Part shown: piece by piece, positions 1 through 14,379 of the stretch
Position numbering within the stretch: position 1 is the first letter of the stretch
How the letters are laid out: every line of letters begins with the position of its first letter
Assembly: GCA_973895155.1 (NCBI GenBank)
Contig: OZ316892.1
Location: 2,669,223-2,733,222, forward strand
Length of the DNA stretch: 64,000 bases
Source: Marsupella aquatica
Taxonomy: Eukaryota; Plantae; Marchantiophyta
Direction: 5' to 3'
Translations under genes and position numbers: made by a program
The notes under the pieces: model-generated
The model's database searches: none
Seen by the model: the letters and a program-made list of their open reading frames with translations, nothing else
Told to the model about the DNA's origin: nothing

Positions 1-651
1 GCGATTGTAGTACACCATACGCCATGGACCAATATCCCAAGTTTCTCTACCCTTAACCCCTCTCTTCAGGTGTTTGTCTGCCTCTGGTCCTTCATCTCTG
101 CACCACGCACGAGGGCACCTACGACACTAGATAAATTCCCAGATGCCATCCCGATACTCCTTGCACACATCACAATAATGCCTTGGGCATATCAGAGCAG
201 CGGGATGTGCATCTGAGTTCTCTGCATAAGTTATCAGAGGCAACTCGTTCGCCCTCAATATAGTCCGTAGACAACCCACATGGTAAAAGGAATAGCAATC
301 GTCCTGTGCACACTGAATCACAAGGGGCTCATCTGTAGTGGGTTTCACGGTTCGGCCAAGTGACCCACAAGCAAAGCAACAAGCTCGGTTCTGCTGACAG
401 AGGTCACAGAGCCACTCCTTGTCCCAATCATGCCCTCTAGAAATGGCAATGCGTGTGCACTCAGGCCCATGGCCATCAGGCTCCTCAACATCCTGCCCAT
501 CAACTAAGTAATGAAAATGTCGACTGCAAGGCCCATCGCAGAACAAAATAGTACCTCCCTCATCACATTCAAAACAACAGGGGGGATCCATGCGAAGGTG
601 CTCCTTATGGGCAAACTTGGGATCCAACCAGGCAGCAGCAGCCCGTGCCAT
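1..651 (-). pseudogene. EDM2/NSD-like tandem PHD-finger module with a premature stop; runs off the left edge
   Basis: CFECDEGG..LFCDGPCSRHFH...WLCDLCQQNRACCFACGSLG...QCAQDDCYSFYHVGC...ICPRHYCDVC. Reading through TAG at 127-129 gives CRRCPRAWC...RETWDIGPWRMVYY, matching the EDM2-type third PHD. Probable acceptor tgtgcag ending at 669, ATG at 651. Confidence 0.75.
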
Positions 652-3600
652 GTTGAAGAAAATAAAATCTGCACAATTGCCTTCAACATCACTCCAAAGT
701 CCATTCAAAAACCAAGAGACAAACACAAAGAAGGTAAGTGAAGTGTACTTACTCACAGAGCAGTTGAGCCAGCCCCAGTCGCACCTCCAACCAGCACAGA
801 CCTGTGGTTACCACACTCATCAGTCTCCCCAATATTTATTCCCCAATTGCCCCAATATTTATTCTCGGTCTAGCCAAACCAGCCTGCAGGCCTACACCAG
901 CTATTAAGTTTTCTCTAACGTCCCAGCTGACAAAACAGCTCAGCCTCTGTTGCACTTAAACTAGAACAGAACATACATCTGAAAACATTCTGATCATCAC
1001 CTCCAAACCTTCCGCTTTAACAAACAAATCACAGCCGTCCGTACGTAGCTCTCAATCAATAAACATACAAACCCTGAGAGACACACCCTATCAAATTACT
1101 TTAGGAGAAGTAAATATACTCTACAACTGAATTCTAGGTTTGACATGATTGTATGAATTTTAATGGGTATCCTGTTCAGGAGATCATTAGTTGAAGTGTT
1201 CTAAGCAGCTCCAATTCTCAAATACGCACCTAAGGCCTTAGCAGAATTAATAATTATAGGCTTGTTGCAAAAACTATAAGGCCAGATAGGAATACCTTAA
1301 GGGTGAAAGGTTTGCGGACAATCTGTAGAGAGCAGATTGCCTACAATCAAATCGAGACGCCCATAAACCCTGCACAACCACCACACAACAATTGCACATT
1401 GCTGACAGGAAATCACATGAAAGAATGCAGTATAACCAGAAGGGAAGAAGTATAATGCTTCTAAAATTAACGGACTTTGAAGAGCATAGCAGACCTCAGA
1501 CATGATTTGCCGTTTGGTTCAGACAAAAATTAATGAGACAAGAGAGACAACAAGGTACCCGAACCTTGTAGCGGGAAGGGGAAAAAGGGACGCAATGGAG
1601 GAAAGAGGAGAAGATGGGCTTTCAGAAGAGAAAACACGACCGAGCAGGGTGAGACAAGCAAGACTTCATCAAAGGACAGAACGCTGGAGTATGAAATCCA
1701 TGATTACTCTGTTTTTAGATATATTATATTTTCAGAAGAATAAGGAAGCAAGGCCCAGTGGATCCACACTGTCTTAAAGGTACTAGCGGGCAATATACAA
1801 ACATCCAATCCCAAGCCAATAGATATAACATTTCTTGGCCAGCACAGACAGGAAGCTCGAGAGGAGCACAAAGCAAGCCGCACAGGGTGAGAGAGAGGCA
1901 TGAACACAAAAACCTATACAGACCAGAACGAAAGCTCCCTTCAAGCTGGGACTCTACTCTTGGTTGATCGATGTTGCTGATACTAGCTAGTGCACTTTAC
2001 TAAACTGAAAAAAACATTGACAGCATCGGGCAGTGTAAGTGAAAATGAAAGCATTAAGAAGCAACAGTAGTCTCAGGGATTGAGGTGGGGTTTTAGGTAG
2101 CTTTGGCGCAGAAAAAAGTAAGGAGGGAATGCTAGGCATTTCCTAAGACCAGTAGCCCAATCAAGGTGATCAGAGCAATAAGTAAAATACAAACGGGGAT
2201 GTAAAGCAAATGGCAAAGGCATGACAAGAGAAAAGGGAATGGCCAAGGCATGACCACACGCAGCTCAAAGCCAAAGCAGAAATTCCAGAGCAAAGTCAAG
2301 AAGGACCAAAAATGATGTAGCAGTACACACCAGATCACCCCAAATCACCCCAGATGCCTTCTACTTTTCCAGTTCCGCTGATGCAGACCCTAATGTCGAG
2401 CCCTCGCGCCTGCACACTTGATACCCCCGATCAATTTCATACCATCACAAACGAGTACCGTATGCAATGTTCAAGAAGATGTTGCATCTGCAACCCAGGT
2501 CGAGACCATTTTCAGGGAGCGCAGACGATAGCGCATGTTGATTCGACAGATAAGGGAGCAACATTGAAAAAGCAAGCTGCATATTGAAGACTTAACATTG
2601 AAAGCTACCGTGGGAATACTCACAAATCAGCTGCCAGCGGCCTCCAGTGCAATGCCTCCCACCACCTCCACGTTCTCCTTCAAAGCCACGCTAAGGTCAA
2701 TGCTACACACTACACTCACAGGAGAGAGATCGATCAAGGAAAAAATGCAAATCCGCAACCTTAGAGTACACTGTATGGAGAAAAAGAGCAATAGGGGAAG
2801 AAAAGCAAGGGAAGCAGACACAAAAGCATTAAGCAAAAGACAAACGGGGATGCCAAGCAGAAAGCATGATAGGAGAGAAGCGAATGGTTGAGGCATGACA
2901 AGACGCAGCTCAAAGCCAAAACAAAGAAGGCATACATACCTTCAACCAGAAACTCTCTTTAAGCTCAAACACACAGAAGCTGCAGCAACTCGCAGCTTCC
3001 CCTAGCGCTCGATCACACCAACTCACAGCAATCTGTAGTTGCTCGCAGCAGTTTGCAGCAAGTCCCTAAACTCCCAGCAGCTTGCAGCTCCCACCAACAC
3101 CTCTCAGCGGCTCCCAGCGAGCCCAACAGTGCACCAGGAAATCTCCTGAGGAATGCAGGTCCAAGCTTGAGCTCGATCGTCAACAACTTACAGTGAAGCA
3201 AGGAACTTCCTTCACAGTCCTAAGGTGCAACTCGCGACTCTATTCTTGCTGCTTCGATCACAAAAGGTCCTTTCAGGTGAGCGCCCCTCCTTCCTGGTCG
3301 CCGTTGCACTGATTGCTGGCAGCTAGAGTTCCCTTCCACAATGACGGGAGTGTGCGTGTGCTTGAGGTGATCAGCGATGGTGGGTGGTACATAAGGGCAG
3401 CAGTAGGGAGTTCCCCCAAGAGTTACGAGCCTTTCAGAAATCATGATGGCGGTAGCAAGTAGGAACGTAGGAGCTCGGTCCTAGGGCAGCTTCCCACTGC
3501 CCACAATAACAAAGTGCGACCCTCCTCCTCCACCCTAAACCGTAGTCCCAAGTTGCAGCTGAACTCCACAGCATCCGATTAGAAGGCCAGACTAAACTCC

Positions 3601-4399
3601 CGAGTTGATGAGTGAGTAAGTGCACTCTGCGTCGCGACGACAAACCCTTCGACAAACTGCGCAAAGGAGCAGGAAAACCTCAACATTCGATAAGCTCTTC
3701 GCAAAGTTCTTTGTGAAACAGGGAATCCAATGAGCCGGGTGCTTCCAGCAGTTCCCGCCAATGACAAAGGCAAGGGCCGGGGGATTGAGGGGATGACATG
3801 TGGACGATGGAGATTGCATCCAACTGCGACTATGAACGGGAAACTTCAACGGTCCAAGTGAAGGGGTTACTAGGGCCTTATTCCCCCCATAAAGGACTTA
3901 ATTAAGTATGTGATGTCATTAGGGAGTGGAAAAGGACTTTGCACCACCCATAACTATTTTTCTCCCCCAAAAGTGCAAAAATTACTAACACACCCTCTAG
4001 AGAAAAACAATTCCAAGAAGCCCCTTTGGGCAATCCATCAGCCATAAAGCATCTCAAATAATTGAAATGTGTGGCTAAGTTAACAGGAGGAGTTAATTGG
4101 CAGCCTAAATAATATTTGGCGGTACCTTAACGGAGTTCTGGGCGTAATTTAGCAAAAGACATAATCTGCAATTTGGGCCCCTTTTTCTTAACTGAAATGA
4201 TGGAAACTTGGTACGGAGCAGTACAATAAATCATCTAAATGAGAACTTACTCCAGAATATCTAACATAGATATGGTCAAGTGTGTTTGGTATACTAAGGA
4301 ACCAAAAGCTATCGTGACTCTTTTGCCCTCATGACATATATGCAATGGTATGACCCCCATAAAGTGAAGTCTGCCCATATAATGACTCCAACATGGAAA

Positions 4400-6700
4400 C
4401 AAAGTAACATAGACCAGATTAGGGTCCAGGGTTGAAGTGTACCCTATCCCGCACCATGTGGAGTGGGTAGCATCCCTAATGGCGGGCTACAATCATAAAT
4501 ATTGCCAATCACCCCCAAAGGCCCCAAGGAGTCATATTGTCCATGGCATGCTTGACTGCCACATTGACATCATGAATGACTTATTTTTGTGTCATTTGAA
4601 TGAATGACATCTCCCGGCACTCCCTAAATGACAAAAACCTTTAGTCACGCATAGTAATGACTCAAGATCCCTTACAAATGACCAAATGGGAGTGGTTTGC
4701 ACTCCTTTGGACAAATGACTCCAAAGTCATACAACTTGGGAGTGTTTTGCCCAAAGTTGGGTGATGCCCTTCCATGATGCAAAATGTGTGCTTTAAAAAG
4801 TGTTGTGGAGGCCAAGTGGCATAACTAGTGGCTCAGGGTGTACAAGTACCCCATCCCGCACCATGTGGAGTGGGTAGCATCCCTAATGGCCGGCTACGAT
4901 CACATATATTGCGAATAAGCCCCCAAAGGCCCCCAGGAGTCATATTGTCCATGGCATGCTTGACTGCCACATTGACATCATCAATGACTCATATTTGTGT
5001 CATTTGCTTAAATGACACCCTCGACACTCCACAAATGACAAAAACCTTCAATCACATGCACAAATGACTCAAGATCCCTTACAAATGACAAAATGGGAGT
5101 GGTTTGCACTCCTTTGGACAAATGACTCCAAAGTCATACAACTTGGGAGTGTTTTGCCCAAAGTTGGATGATGCCCTTCCATGATGCAAAATGTGTGCTT
5201 TAAAAAGTGTTGTGGAGGCCAAGTGGCATAACTAGTGGCTCAGGGTGTACAAGTACCCCATCCCGCACCATGTGGAGTGGGTAGCATCCCTAATGGCCGG
5301 CTAAGATCATGTATATTGCAAATAAGCCCCCAAAGGCCCCAAGGAGTCATATTGTCCATGGCATGCTTGACTGCCACATTGACATCATCAATGACTCATA
5401 TTTGTGTCATTTGCTTAAATGACACCCCTCAGCACTCCACAAATGACAAAAACTTTCAGTCACATGCACAAATGACTCAAGATCCCTTACAAATGACAAA
5501 ATGGGAGTGGTTTGCACTCCTTTGGACAAATGACTCCAAAGTCATACAACTTGGGAGTGTTTTGCCCAAAGTTGGGTGATGCCCTTCCATGATGCAAAAT
5601 GTGTGCTTTAAAAAGTGTTGTGGAGGCCAAGTGGCATAACTAGTGGCTTAGGGTGTACAAGTACCCCATCCCGCACCATGTGGAGTGGGTAGCATCCCTA
5701 ATGGCCGGCTACGATCACGTATATTGCGAATAAGCCTCCAAAGGCCCCCAAGAGTCATATTGTCCATGGCATGCTTGACTGCCGCATTGACATCATCAAT
5801 GACTCATATTTGTGTCATTTGCTTAAATGACACCCCTCAGCACTCCACAAATGACAAAAACCTTTAGTCAAGTGCACAAATGACTCTATATCCCTTACAA
5901 ATGACAAAATGCGAGTGGTTTGCACCCCTTTGGGCAAATGACTCCAAAGTCATACAACTTGGGAGTGTTTTGCCCAAAGTTGGGCCATGCCCTTCCAAGG
6001 TGAAAAAGTTGGGTCATAAAAACTATTGCGAGGACAAATTGAGATAACTAGTGGCCCAGAGTTTAGGTGTACCCTACCCCGCACCATGTGGAGTGGGTAG
6101 CATCCCTAATGCTGGGCTACAATCATGGATATAGCCAATTGACCCCCGGAGGCCCCAAAGAGTCATATTGTCCATGGCATGCATGACTGCAACAATGACA
6201 TCATGAATGACCCATTTTTGTGTCATTTACATGAATGATGTCTCCCAGCACTTCCTAAATGACACAAACCCTTAGTCACGTGCACAAATGACTCTAGATC
6301 CCTTGCCAATGACTCACAATAGTGGTTTGCACCCCTTTGGGCAAATGACTCCAAAGTCATACAACTTGGGAGTGTTTTGCCCAAAGTTGGGTGATGCCCT
6401 TCCATGATGCAAAAGGTGTGTTTTAAAAAGTGTTGTGGAGACCAAATGGCATAACCAGTGGCCCAGGTTTGTCAAGTATCCTATCCCGCACCATGTGAAG
6501 TGGGTATCATCCTTAATGGCCGGCCCCTATCACCAATGGGGTCAATCAGCCACCAAAGGCTCTTAAGAGTCATATTCTGCATGGCATACATGACCACAAC
6601 ATTGACATCCCAAATGACATTTGCATAAATGACATCTAGCGGCACTTGTCAAATGACTAGAAAGTTGAGTGAGAGCAAAAATGATTGGGAATCCTTTGCA
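4400..6700. repeat. Tandem repeat, unit 407-408 bp, about 5.5 copies
   Basis: Anchor cccgcaccatgtg recurs at 4448, 4855, 5262, 5670, 6078 and 6485. Central copies are nearly identical; outer copies are diverged. Confidence 0.95.
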
Positions 6701-9700
6701 AATAACATGAATAATATATTGGAAAAAATGACATGAGAAAATATAGGCATGTAGTATCTAAATTCTAAACCTTAAACCCTAGACCTATGCCCGAGAGTGT
6801 TATTTGGCAACCTTGCATGCCCCCATATATACTCCAACATGTGAAATGTGAATACAGCTTAAGGAATGTAAACACTTCAGGAGTCCTTGGCATATATAGG
6901 AAAGATGTAATAAATGGGTGCAAGTATATATAAATATACATACTTATTAGAGATTATCAAGCCTTTAAGTTGTACATCAATTTAATGATGAGACTCACAA
7001 CAAAAGAAGGCTTGTTAGGTCTCTAAATGTATTTCAAATCTAATATGTGAGTGCCACTAGTCTTTATATATACTACCATACCTTTTGGATGACTAATCAT
7101 ACCCTAAACCCTAAAACATATACTAAACCATAAACCTCAAAATAGTCATATGTTGTTTATCATGTCATTTATCACTTTTGGTTTAAATGACTACTAACAT
7201 TTTTAAACACTGATATTTGCATATTTGATTTATTAGTCATTAGTCACCATCGTCTGAAATGACTTCCCATATGTGAAACACTGATATGACAGAGTTTTTG
7301 TTAATTGTGTCATTCACAAAGACTGTCCAAAATGACTACAACTCATGATTGCTGTCATTATAGCAGTCAAAGTCATTTGGCTCATTGGTTTAAATGACAT
7401 TATTACAAGTATTAGTCATTTTTTGCACCCCGTCATTTTGGACAGTCATTTCAATGTCATTTATGTCATGTCATTTACATATTTTGTCATTTGAGTACAT
7501 AAGTCATATGTGTCATAGTCATAAAAGGCCCCATTTTCTACTAGTGAATGTGAGTGGCGGTCCGAGACAAGGAGTTCTGGCCATGCCAGCATTGGGATCA
7601 GACTCGACGATTTGGAGCAGAACACTAAAATGTGGAGCTCTTTAGAAGGTAGGAATCAGGACCAAGAGGTGAGCAGATTCGCAGGGAGCAGATTCGCAGG
7701 CTAATTTCCATGGACCGAGGCGTGGTCAGGCTGCTGGACGTTCTTCAGAGGAATTACACCAGCACGGCCTTCGTGCCCTTCACAAGGTTCAGGACGGGAG
7801 GGAACTCCCACAACAAGAACGACTCCCACTGCAAGGAACGTTGGGGCTTAAGACGAGTAGAATGGTTGGGGGGGAAGTTCGTGCTCATAAGGATTCATAA
7901 GGATAGAAGATCTCAGGGAGGCTCTTATGCGCATATTGCCTCCCACAATGGGAATTGCCCTATGGACTCGCAATCGGGGCAGGATGAGAATGAGTGGAGC
8001 CAGCCGTATGAGGACAGTGATGGGGACGAATTCCGAGTAGGAACTTTAGCCAAATCATGGGAAATTTGATAACCCTCGCCCTTGCCCTCGCCGTATGTAC
8101 AAAGACCACATTGGAATTGTCAGCACTGTTCAGTCCTTTTCTTCTTGCGTACAAGTGCTTTGCCGGACTGACGACTCAAAGAGTGTCTGAACATTAACTT
8201 AGTTGTGCATCTGCTTGTTCAGGACTTATTTCAAGTATCAAACCAAGGAAAAATGGAGCCTGGCAATTCTAGCGGACAATGTCACCGTTGAATTTTAGGT
8301 TCCTATTCAATTCATAACTTTCTTCTGTTCTTAATCATTGGATACATATGCCAGTGACTGATCCCAAAGAAGTTCTTTCATAGTTGGCTGTCAGTGTGTG
8401 GCCCGATGTTTGCTATCATGCTTGATACAATCTATTCTGGTCTGGAGATGAATCAAATGTTGGAATTTGTATAGCTACTTGATTCCGGAGTGCAATGCCA
8501 GTCCTAGTAACAGAGCAGATCAGATTTAGCTCCCAAACTAATTATTCAGCTGATCCAGCAGGATATAAATCAAGGCAATATTATTGTTAGTTTGTTGGAC
8601 TAACAATTTGTCGATGGTGGATAAGTTTGAGGCTATGGATTTGCTGGATTTGCATCTGAACCGTAAACAATTTTTTTTTCATTTTGATCTCAGCTATCTT
8701 AAATGACGTCAATGCCCCGAGCATATAATGCAGCTTCTACTGTAGCTTGCTTCAGCTTAATTAGAGCTCTGCTTGAGGTGAGTGCCATTTTTGTCTTGAC
8801 CTCAGCTTGTTCAAATGACATGAATGCCCGATCAAGTAGCTGAAATCAGTTTTTTGAAGACCGGTGGTTGCAAAGAATCCCCTATCTTTGAGGCGAAGAA
8901 GGTTGAGCAAGATTAGGATTTTTTGAAGTTGATCATTGATAAGACAGATGCGCTTAGCTTTCTCCTTTCTTTTTGAATGATTGAGACCAAAATCATTGAT
9001 CATGAAGAAGCGCAATCTCACCTGTCTGACCAACTCCATTACACTGAGTACATTTAACGTTGAACATTAGACAATTATTATAGTCTTCCACAAAGAAACA
9101 GGTTGCCACCATTTTGCTTCGAGTAGAAGAGTAAATTGGCTTAGCATATTTGCAAACGTGTAATAAATTGAGAGGGACGTGACGTCAGTAGAATCTGGTA
9201 AAGCAGGGTCCCTTCAATGAGGGGAAACAAGTTACTGTTGGGTCCACTTACTGAGCTTAGTATACTTTTCCCTTCTCATGTATGAAATATGTACAGCCAA
9301 AATTATTAAGTGCATAGTGCGTATTCTTCTAGTACTTGCAATGTGGATCCTGATTCTCTTGTCTGTTGCCCTTTTTACTTTTCTTTAATACAGTTGCTTC
9401 TTTGGGACAGTTCTCTGCCAACTTTCCCTTGGGACCTGTTTGACAAGTCAACTAACCATAAGTAGGCAGTCAATGAATAGTGTTTCCCCCTTTTGCAATA
9501 TATATGTATATATTACAACAGTTTACTTCAAAGAAGCTAGTGTGTGTAGAGTTAGCTAATTTTATCTAACAGTTCTAGTGGTTGGGTTTCTATCATTTTT
9601 TGCTGGCGTTTGGCCAATATTTGATGTTGCCCAGTCACGAGATTTCTGGAAAATAAGTCCATGGTGCTTACATTTTGGGTAGGATATTAGTTCCTGCCCT

Positions 9701-11089
9701 TCGGTTCAGATTTGTATCCTAGCATGTACATGAAATGTTCATTGCTGAATAAGTAACATGTCCATAAACTTGAGCTGGAGCTCACCTGTTATTACCCTCG
9801 AATTTTTTTGCAGATATATAGTTCAAAACCTGATGAATGAGCTGGAGGCAGAGGGAGCTTCACTACACAGCAATTTTTACGTCTCTTCCCTTGCAACCTG
9901 TTGAGGTCAAATGTATGTGTACGTGGTCCTCTTTCTCCTGTGATTTTTTCATTTGCTCTCATGATTCATCTAGACGTAAATGGGTGCCGGGAAAAGTATA
10001 CCTAGCCTGGGTCAAAAGATTTACAGATGAGCCAACTAAAAATGCGCTACAAAGTACAGATATTTGGTAGTAAACAAAGGAACAAAGAATTCAGCACTTT
10101 GAATCACTTCTGTTTTTTACAGCTTGAAAAAAATAGATGTAAAGAAAATTGATGCTTTGTTAGCGAATACATGAACAATGGCTATCTCTATTCAGAATGT
10201 TAGTTCCCTCAGATTTGTTCCTTTTCCTTGTATTTTGTCATGAGTCGTCAGTGCATTCAGGAGTATGTGTTTGACTTTGGAGTCACTGCACAGATTTGTT
10301 TACCTTTTATGGCAACTTTCTGTTCACACATTACGAGAAGTCCACAAGTGGAAGCCAATATTCCATTGGCAGCATCTCTAATGGAAGTTGTCTCACCTAC
10401 TCCCGTGCAAGCTCTCTTCTTGTCACAAGGGTACCAATGGGTGTAGACTTTTGTGTCAGTAACTGTTCAGGAGCCAGACAAAAGTGTCTTTAATTTGCAG
10501 TCATGCGAGACTATTTTATGCTATAGATTCTGCAACAAGATAGTTGTCCTTCGCACTAGATCCTTAAGATGTGACATCAAAGTTCAAGACAAAAGTATCT
10601 TGTTTGGTCCATTGAGGGGCATTCGCCTTCATTTTCTTTTATAGTCCTGGTGGCTTTGGAGCAATTATAGTGTTGCTCCAAAGCAGTTGTTTGCAAGCAA
10701 GCCTGTGATCCAGCCTGGCCAATAATTGACTGCTGAATTTCTGGCATTGTGTGCAGAAGAGGTCCGTACCAAATCTTATATATACTCATTTTGACACCAT
10801 GGGGTCTAGTGCACATACTACGTACATATGGGTTCGTTCGTGGCTATGCTTTTGAAGTGACTGGTAGATATATTTTGGCCCAGTGTAGTTTTCAGTAAGG
10901 TGACAGGATTGGGAGAGATCTACCAGCACATCTAATTTCATGAATGTTGCTGAGAGAAAAGCAAGCAGCAAATTAACAAGTTTACCTGAGTTAGTGTTTT
11001 ATAGGGATAAAATAGTGGTGAACTTAAATTGCGTAGAGTAAGCCTCATCAAAGTGTTTGCTTGGGGTCCCTCATGTTATACCCTGAATG

Positions 11090-13243
11090 TTTGTGCAGGC
11101 TTATTTGTAACAAGAGCTCAAAAAGATTCAGGATTTGCATCGCAGGATATCTAGGAACTACAAGATTGGCAAGCAAGGAACTGAAGTTTCAAGGAGCCAA
11201 TGTTCATGCTATTGGATATACCATACGTGAAGAAGCAATGAGTGTGGAAAGGACTTCTACACTCTGGGATTATATTCGGAATCATACAGGTCTGCATGGA
11301 CTTCACTGGAAGCTCTTTTTAATTTTACCTTCTGTACTTTTGAGAATCTAAGATTAATATTCAAAGTTATGTGACAAGTTTCATATGTTTTACTCGTATC
11401 AGGATCTTCTTCCAAATTATCGATCAGCACATGAGGCAGCATCCAATACAATGTCTTTATGCCTTGCACAACAATATGAGAACCTCACATCTGGACCAGT
11501 GGAGAATCTTAGCTATTTCTCATTGTGAGCACCGGGAATACCTCAGAACCTCATTCATCGCTTGTGTTTCTGTTTGGCCATATGTAAAGTCGAGCAACAT
11601 TCTCATGTAAGGAACCTAATCATTCTTTGTTTGTTCCACAACAGAATGATTAGGTTCCACAAACATATAAGCGATGAAACCTAGAATCATCTGAGTTGCC
11701 AAAAGATAGTACATCAACTAGAAGGGGAAAGAAGAAAAGGAAGAAAGGATCTTCAGCAAATGCATCACCTGCAGAGAAGAAACCAATTCAGTCTCCTAAC
11801 CCCACTGCAAAGGTAAAAGTGTTGTTAGATTTGAGTGTTCTTTAATTGTATTTTAGTTTCAATTTGTGCTTCTTGCATTTCTAACAAAATGTGTTGTTCA
11901 CATTTTGCAAGAGGAAGATGAAGAGTGTTATGGACAACCACCATAGTAGTGGCAGGGGGTGAGGTGACACCCACGGCTGCCAGGAGAATTAAGATAAGTT
12001 TCATTATGTTGATTTTGAAAGCCCTTTCTTGCGAGTGCGTGTGATTGAAGTGTTTTGTCTAGATGTGGCATTGCCATTTGCTACTGCAGGGAACCATTCC
12101 AAGTTATCTGAGGTGAAGGGGATGAACACATTGTGGAATTCTAGATGGCCCAAGAAGTAGTATGTAGGTTTTGTAGAATGAGAATTACAACTCTGTTTTT
12201 CTACAGACAGTAAGAGTTGCTGGTATTTCAGATTGTAACATTTGACAATCCATCTGATAATATTATCTGCATTTCTTCCATGATATATTGTTTCATTGAG
12301 TTCAATAGTTATTGCTTGACTTACAAGCATGTATCTTGGATGAATGTCATGGGGAATGTCAATTGGATTTTCTAGTATTTGAATGACTGGTAGCATCTAC
12401 TTTCATTTAACAATTGTATTGGATGGTTCTGTTTTGTATGACTCTTGAATCATATAGATTTGTGCCCAATATGATTACTTAAATTTATTTTAACTTAAGT
12501 CTTTCAAGACATGACTTGAATGACCCAAAGAATGATTTATATGACTGATCTCATGGTCATTATAAATATATATGCTTGTGTTCAATATGACTCACTTTAA
12601 GTCATTCAAGACATATTTAATGACTCAAAGAATGACACATAAAATGATTGATCTTATGGTCATTATGAACATCTATATTTGTATCCAATATGACACACCT
12701 CAAGTCATTAAAAACATGTCCTTAATGACCAATGGGTATTTTCACGTGTCTACTCCCAATTCAACCACGTGCCCCCATATGACATGTCTATAACATAGTC
12801 ATTTTGGACAAGTCTAAAATGACCCAAGCCTATTGCCACATGGTGAATACCATTTGAGCCATGTGTCAATGTTTGATTTGTTACATATTGTGCGTCATTT
12901 TAGACTTGTCCAAAATGACAAATGACCTATATTATTTAACTGCCATGTGGCATTGTGTAATTGGGTACGGAGACCATCAACGGTGAACGGTGATTGACCG
13001 TCAACGGTGGTTTTTTTGGTCATTTCAGACCGTTCACCATTTATGACCAAATCATAGGTTAAGTCATTTTGGATGGTATGAAATGACCACACATTTTTTG
13101 CGTCATTTGTCCAAAAGGACCATGATGCAAATGTCCAATGCAACGCGTCTGGAAAGACAAAAATAAATGCGTCATTGTTTTGACAAAAAGACCATGTGGG
13201 AAGTCATTGTTGCGGTCATAAATAACCATGTTTTCTACTAGTG
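11090..13243 (+). mobile_element. Degenerate CACTA 3' portion (TnpA-like exon remnants, subterminal repeats, TIR)
   Basis: TTTTCTACTAGTG at 13231-13243; ATGAC/GTCAT repeats at 12440-13220; TnpA-like fragments upstream. Left boundary uncertain. Confidence 0.65.
11940..12160 (+). pseudogene. CACTA TnpA-like C-terminal domain fragment
   Basis: Translation DKFHYVDFESPFLRVRVIEVFCLDVALPFATAGNHSKLSEVKGMNTLWNSRWPKK* parallels AKFHGKVVPDDHVVVLLTTVIVSDCNLPFP...DAVGSLVLWPS of ORF 36473-37066. Not in the supplied ORF track. Confidence 0.6.
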
Positions 13244-13960
13244 CCAACAAATCAGTCCATGATGTGTAAGAAGTGGAAGCAATAAAAGAGGGAGAAGTCA
13301 TCCTTGGTAAATCTGGTGCTGTCGTCGGCTCCATTGGAGGGGGTCTCGGTGAAATCATGGGCGGTGGAGTCAACTCTCTCGCTAACTCTGGCTGAGGAAG
13401 CTCAAAGTGTCTCACTCTCCTCCTCCAATCGCTTAGCTCCACTGGTGACAAGCAGTCTCTCAAAAAGTAGATGTGTGCTAAGTAGGGTGTCAAATAGGTA
13501 TCACTGGTAGTAGTCACGAAAGCCACCTGCTTGGCAATCACCTCCAAAAGAGCTAGGGCCTAGTTGATCCTCCTCTTGCCAGTCCATGAAGCGATGATGG
13601 AGCTAGCCAAGTAAACCATAGCCCTGGTGGGTTTGGTCGGATGAAAGATAGGTACAAGGAATCGGAGTAAATGAGCTAACTCCCGGTTCCTACACTGATC
13701 AATCTTCCAACCAGACCTCCGGTTCTTGGTACCTCTAAAGTAGGGGATAGTCAAGTCCTCCCCAATAGAAATCAATCTCTCTTCCTCCTAGCTCAACTGG
13801 TACACCTCAGAAATAATGGCGGCGGTACAAACATCAGCTGAACCTCTAGTAGAACTCCGGAAAGTGCCAGCTCAGGTTGACGAAGAAAATCGGCAATGAT
13901 GGATCCATGCACCATATCCCATGGAATGAAAAGTAAATAACCCAATCCCATCTCTACCAG
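13244..13960 (-). pseudogene. Degenerate homologue of the retro-associated domain found in the 45202 and 54940 insertions, truncated at the CACTA end
   Basis: GLGYLLFIPWD...IADFL...TRG...TAAIISEVYQL, then SGWKIDQCRNRELAHLLRFLVPIFHPTKP...YLTPYLAHIY (ORFs 13560-13775 and 13059-13547 plus upstream sequence). Broken by stops and frameshifts. Confidence 0.55.
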
Positions 13961-14379
13961 GTTACTAAGAAGTCAAAAGTAAGCCTTAGGACCTGGAGGT
14001 AAGGTCACCCTAATGGTCTTACTAACTGGTAAGCTTCTGGTAGCCATAGCTTCAAGAAATCTGAGAAAACTCGAGAGCTCTTCTCTCAAAAATGGCTAAG
14101 CATTGAGATTCAAGAATGAAATCTCAAGAATCTAAGGTAGCTGCGCTGCTGTGGGAGAAGAAAAGAACTGAAAAGAGATAGAAATGAAGGAGTTCTGATC
14201 AGGCAAAGCTCTCGAATCTGTAATATCTTCAACTTCAAGAAATCAGAGAGCATCTGTGATTCAATACTCCTCAATGTCTCATAAATCTTAGCTCTGATTC
14301 GGGGTGAAGTATCTCTAAGCAAATGCGCTGCTATAGCAAGTGGAATGAGAGCAAACAGTGGTCTAACGAGTGAGCATCG

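Larger units (their letters stand above)
1..7546 (-). mobile_element. CACTA (En/Spm) element end; the other end is outside the window or lost
   Basis: TTTTCTACTAGTG at 7534-7546 (reverse complement CACTAGTAGAAAA), preceded by dense ATGAC/GTCAT subterminal repeats. Extension to position 1 is inferred. Confidence 0.55.

Noticed and set aside
4828-5867. Repeated ORFs MAQGVQVPHP... as a gene family or CRISPR-like array
   Set aside because: They are by-products of the 407 bp tandem repeat; there are no unique spacers, and the frames differ between copies.
7710-8069. 119 aa ORF, possibly a LINE fragment
   Set aside because: No diagnostic motif I can identify.
12004-12396. 130 aa minus-strand ORF
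   Set aside because: The opposite strand encodes the TnpA-like fragment, so this is a shadow ORF.
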